Below, one piece after another: positions 59,537-64,000 of a stretch of DNA of 64,000 bases. Position 1 is the stretch's first letter. Every line of letters starts with the position of its first letter. Location: contig CM059432.1 of assembly GCA_030390025.1 (NCBI GenBank), positions 61,506,001 to 61,570,000 on the forward strand, in the 5' to 3' direction. Source of the DNA: Squalus acanthias (taxonomy: Eukaryota). Below the pieces are notes generated by a model. The model made no database searches. It had not been told where the DNA came from and saw nothing but the letters and a program-made list of their open reading frames with translations. The position numbers and the translations under genes were made by a program.

Positions 59537-61385
59537 CTAATCACCCTTGTGCATTCCCTTAATGCCTGTCTTCCGTGTGCCTTTGCCTGTCCAAGTGCTC
59601 CTACGCAGTGCTGCCCCAGTGGTTGAAGCATGGCTGGTGGAAGGCTGCTGACTTTCAGTGGGGGAGACTGCAAATGGCATTGCAGGATAACATCTAGCAG
59701 TTCTGGGCCTAAAAGGCCTGGCTTTAGACTGCACCACCTCGGTATGGGCAGCAGCAGTCTGGGCTGGCTGGCTGACAGGCAACAGCAACGTCACTGGCGG
59801 AGTAGCAGAGATGGGAGGATGAATGCTGTCATCCTGAGAGAGGACAGCAGGGTCATACTCTACGGAGTCACTGCTACTCCCCCCGGGGCGGCGCCTCAGC
59901 ATTCCTAGTAATCTGTTGGAGGACAGATTGCTGGACTGCTGTGACACCCTGCATTACCCTTTCCACACTGGTAAACGCAGCTATGATGGCAGTAGTCTGA
60001 GCTTATGTGACAGCAATCAGACATTGGGTGGCTTCTGCTTGTGCTACAATTTTAGCTGAGACATTGGCCGTCAGACGCTGCATGTTGGTTGGGTCCACAA
60101 GTGTGCTAATGGAGTTGCCCATCACTTCCATGCTGGAAATCATGGGCTCCAAGCCCTGTGCAATGCTGGTGCTGGACTCCTCCATGCTCCTTGACATTGT
60201 ACACAGGCTTTCTCCCAGGCCTGCCAACACACCAAGCATTTCATTGTACATACCCATTAGCCTTTTTCTGTAGGCCGCTCCATCGAAGTTCTCATCTGAG
60301 TCCTCTGCAGCAGAACCCATGTGCAACCTCACCCTCTGGAGAGCTGGCACCTGCGCTACCCTTTCCCCCTACCCTGGCTGCAGGCTACTCATGCCCGGTG
60401 TCTCACCAGGTGCAGATCCCACGTCTAAGTTATCCTCTAAAGTACGTGGAGTGTCAAATCTGAGCGGGTGGCTGCGAGTGTGAAATCAAGTAATGGTGCT
60501 GTGTCTTCTGCATCACTGCCGCCTTCCTCTTCCATTTCCTGCTCCTCCACCAGTGCCTTACCAGTTGGCAGTTCTTGGCTATCTGAAAGGAGAAAGGCAC
60601 AAGGTGAGGGGAGCGGGGGAAAGCAAGAGCTGCATGCTTACACCATCTGCAGCTTGTAAATCAGAAGAGATTGTGGGATGAAGGGGAAGTGGGATGTGAG
60701 AAGGAGGATTAGGTATGAGGTAACCGTCATTTTGTATTGTTTCAGCCCCGCCGCAATGGCCCTCCCAATAATGGCCAGCACTGTCTCCTCCATTGGAGTA
60801 AGGCTATGCAGGTGCGCCTGTCCCCCACCAGTTAGGTCCTGCTGCCTCCAGTTGTGAGCCACCTTGTCCTGCAAGAGAAAGCGAAATTTGTCAGTGAACA
60901 TGGTGTGATGTGTTTGGGTGATGTGCCTGTCATGGTTGGATAGCAGATAGTGTGTGCAAGCTGTGAATGTGAGGCTTGCAGCAGTGGTAAGTGTGTGAGG
61001 GTGAGGTGAAGCTATGAATGTGAGGCATGAGTCGTGTTTGTTAGAGATTTTTGGTAGGTGAGTGATGGGGGTGTGGTGCATTGAGCAGTGTATGAGGCTA
61101 GTTGTGCAGTCAGTGGGATATGGCATTTGAAGATGAATTTATGACCTTGACCACTTGTGTTAGGTCATTAAACTTCTTCCTGCACTGCATCCAGGTCCTT
61201 GTGGTCAATATCAGCAGTGTAGCCCCAACGGCTATCTGCTCCCATTGCCTTTCCGAATTGGCCTGGAAGGCCTCCTGGCCCCCTGTAGAAACAGGACCTC
61301 TCTCCTCCTGTTCACCTCTCGCATCAAGGCCTCCAGTGCTGCATCCGAGAACCTTGGAGCATGTACTCTCCCCTGTTGTGCAATC
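59537..61385 (-). pseudogene. H6 Myb/SANT partner gene, 3 exons (about 61385-61146, 60868-60725, 60582-59537), frameshifted
   Basis: APRFSDAALEALMREVNRR..QWEQIA..RTWMQCRKKFNDLTQVVK|gt; DKVAHNWRQQDLTGGG; ends GIKGMHKGD*. Confidence 0.85.
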
Positions 61386-61459
61386 AGTACTACTTCTTCC
61401 TGCTCACACTCTTTTCCCCAGCCAGTTGAATTACCTGCTGCAGCCAGAATGCATCTCCC

Positions 61460-64000
61460 ATAGTCATAGAGTCATAGATTTATACAGCACAGAAAGAGGC
61501 CCATCGTGTCCGTGCCGGCCATCAAGCCCTGTCTATTTTAATCCCATTTTCCAGCACTTGGTCCGTAGCCTTGTATGCTATGGTGTTTCAAGTGCTCATC
61601 TAAATGCTTCTTGAATGTTGTGAGGGTTCCTGCCTCTACCACACTTTCAGGCAGTGAGTTCCAGATTCCAACCACCCTCTGGGTGAAAAAGTTTTTCCTC
61701 AAATCCCCTCTAAACCTCCTGCCCCTTACCTTGAAACTATGCCCCCTGGTTACTGACCCCTCTACTAAGGGGAAAAGTTCCTTTCTATCTACCCTATCTA
61801 TGCCCCTCATAATTTTGTACACCTCAATCAGGTCCCCCCTCAGCCTTCTCTGCTCTAAGGAAAACAACCCCAGCCTGTCCAGTCTCTCTTCATAGCTGAA
61901 GCGCTGCAGCCCAGGTAACATCCTGGTGAATCTCCTCTGCACCCTCTCCAATGCAATCACATCCTTCCTATAGTGTGGCGACCAGAACTGCACACAGTAT
62001 TCCAGCTGTGGCCTAACTAGCGTTTTGTACAGCTCCATCATAACCTCCCTGCTCTTATATTCTATGCCTCGGCTAATGAAGGCAAGTATCCCATATGCCT
62101 TTTTAACCACCTTATTTACCTGTCCTGCTGCCTTCAGGGATCTATGTACATGCAGGCCAAGGTCCCTCTGATCCTCTATCCTTCCTAGGGTCCTACCATT
62201 CATTGTGTATTCCCTTGCCTTGTTAGTCCTCCCAAAATGCATCACCTCACACTTTTCAGGGTTAAATTCCATTTGCCACTGTTCTGCCCATCTGACCAAC
62301 CCGTCTATATCGTCCTGTAGCCTGAGGCTTCCCTCCTCACTATTTACCACCCCACCAATTTTTGTGTCATCTGCAAACTTACTGATCATACCTCCTACAT
62401 TCATATCTAAATCATTAATGTACACTACAAACAGCAAAGGACCTAGCACCGATCCCTGCGGCACACCACTGGACACAGGCTTCCAGTCACAAAAACAACC
62501 TTCGACCATCACCCTCTGCCTCCTGCCACTAAGCCAATTTTGGATCCAATGTGCCAAATTGCCCTGGATCCCATGGGCTTTTAACTTCTTGACCAGTCTC
62601 CCATGCGGGACTTTGTCAAAAGCCTTACTGAAGTCCATGTAGACCACATCAACTGCACTACCCTCATCCACACACCTAGTCACCCCCTCAAAAAATTCAA
62701 TCAGATTGGTCAGACATGATCTCCCCCTGACAAAGCCATGCTGACTATCCTTGATTAATCCTTGCCTCTCCAAGTGGAGACTAATTCTGTCCCTCAGAAT
62801 TTTTTCCAATAATTTCCCTACCACTGATGTTAGGCTCACTGGCCTGTAATTCCCTGGTTTATCCCTACTACCCTTCTTGAATAATGGTACTACGTTAGCT
62901 GTTCTCCAGTCCTCTGGCACCTCCCCTGTGGCCAGAGAGGTTCTGAAAATTTGTGTCAGAGCCCCTGCAATCTCCTCCCTTGCCTCGCACAGCAACCTGG
63001 GATACATCTCGTCTGGGCCTGGGGATTTATCCACTTTTAAGCCTGCTAAAACCGCTAGTACCTCCTCCCTCTCAATACTAATTTGTTCAAGTATATCACA
63101 ATCCCCCTGCCTGATTTCTATGCCTACATCGTCCTTCTCCATAGTGAACACAGATGCAAAATATTCATTTAAAACCCCACCTACATCTTCTGGCTCTACA
63201 CACAGATTGCCACTTTGGTCCCTAATGGGCCCTACTCTTTCCCTGGTTATCCTCTTGCCCTTAATATACTTATAAAACACCTTGGGATTTTCCTTTATTT
63301 TGCCTGCCAGTGTTATTTCATGCCCCTTCTTCGCTCTCCTAATTTCTTTTTTAAGTACCCCCCTGCACTTTCGATACTCCTCTAGGGCTTCCACTGTTTT
63401 TAGTCCTTTGTATCTGCCAAAAGCCTCCCTTTTTTTCCCTAATCCATTCTCGTATATCCCTTGACATCCAGGGTTCCCTGGGCATGTTGGTCCCACCCTT
63501 GACCTTTACGGGAACATGTTGCCGTTGTACTCTCTCTCTTTCCTTTCTGAAAGACTCCCACTGCTCTGATGTGGATTTTTCTATAAGTAGCTGATCCCAG
63601 TCCACTTTGGCCAGATCCTGCCTTATCGTATTAAAATCGGCCTTCCCCCAATTTAGAATCTTTATCTCCGGTCCATCTTTGTCCTTTTCCATGACTACCT
63701 TAAATCTCCCCGAATTATGGTCACTGTCACCAAAATGCTCTCCTGCTGACACTTCTACCACTTGCCCGACTACATTCCCTAGAATTAGGTCCAGTACCAC
63801 CCCCTCTCTTGTAGGACTTTCTACATGCTGGCTCAAAAAGCTCTCCTGGATGCACTTTAAGAATTCCACATCCTCTAAGCCTTTCACACTCTGACTATCC
63901 CAGTTAATGTTGGGGAAGTTGAAATCCCCTCCTATTATTACCCTATTATTTCTACACTTGTCTGAGATTTGCCTACATATCTGTTCCTCTATCTCCCCCT
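61460..64000 (-). mobile_element. Young CR1 LINE (continues beyond the window), (GACTCTAT)n tail
   Basis: Tail at 61460-61478; ORF2 nearly intact. Confidence 0.95.
61538..63496 (-). CDS. CR1 ORF2 reverse transcriptase region (652-codon open frame; true start upstream, separated by one frameshift)
   Basis: KSPGPDE, NYRPVSLTS, QHGF, DFSKAFD, GVPQGSVLGP, FADD and the C-terminal domain are all intact. Endonuclease part lies in ORF 63351-63887. Confidence 0.9.
   Translation of the reverse strand: MGPTCPGNPGCQGIYENGLGKKREAFGRYKGLKTVEALEEYRKCRGVLKKEIRRAKKGHEITLAGKIKENPKVFYKYIKGKRITRERVGPIRDQSGNLCVEPEDVGGVLNEYFASVFTMEKDDVGIEIRQGDCDILEQISIEREEVLAVLAGLKVDKSPGPDEMYPRLLCEAREEIAGALTQIFRTSLATGEVPEDWRTANVVPLFKKGSRDKPGNYRPVSLTSVVGKLLEKILRDRISLHLERQGLIKDSQHGFVRGRSCLTNLIEFFEGVTRCVDEGSAVDVVYMDFSKAFDKVPHGRLVKKLKAHGIQGNLAHWIQNWLSGRRQRVMVEGCFCDWKPVSSGVPQGSVLGPLLFVVYINDLDMNVGGMISKFADDTKIGGVVNSEEGSLRLQDDIDGLVRWAEQWQMEFNPEKCEVMHFGRTNKAREYTMNGRTLGRIEDQRDLGLHVHRSLKAAGQVNKVVKKAYGILAFISRGIEYKSREVMMELYKTLVRPQLEYCVQFWSPHYRKDVIALERVQRRFTRMLPGLQRFSYEERLDRLGLFSLEQRRLRGDLIEVYKIMRGIDRVDRKELFPLVEGSVTRGHSFKVRGRRFRGDLRKNFFTQRVVGIWNSLPESVVEAGTLTTFKKHLDEHLKHHSIQGYGPSAGKWD

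Noticed and set aside
61575..63894. Plus-strand ORFs antisense to CR1 ORF2 (also at 26608, 34722, 41488)
   Set aside because: Shadow frames of LINE coding sequence.

Overview
Eukaryotic, almost certainly vertebrate, intronic or intergenic DNA. The repeat inventory (tRNA-headed DeuSINEs, CR1 LINEs with esterase ORF1 and octamer tails, RTE/BovB-like LINEs, a Penelope-type hammerhead repeat) points to a cartilaginous fish; this is inference. No host protein-coding gene can be supported, and most of the window is nested transposable elements. Contents: (1) at least seven decayed two-gene PIF/Harbinger elements, each with a HARBI1-like DDE transposase convergent with an intron-containing Myb/SANT partner gene; (2) about seven GC-rich Harbinger-type MITEs; (3) about 12 CR1 copies, including three near full-length copies and one very young copy at the right edge; (4) three RTE fragments; (5) six DeuSINE copies; (6) a 7.2 kb hAT element with a perfect 8-bp TSD, containing a Tigger-type MITE and a 500-N assembly gap. 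Most interesting: a 106-bp TSD-flanked insertion that is essentially a minimal hammerhead ribozyme; a CRE-TATA(-YY1) promoter module shared by Harbinger transposase genes and their MITEs; a MITE packed with NRF1 sites, four consensus splice donors and hairpins; and a five-layer insertion stack resolvable from its TSDs. Boundaries were read by eye. Those marked by TIRs or TSDs should be close to exact; the others are approximate.
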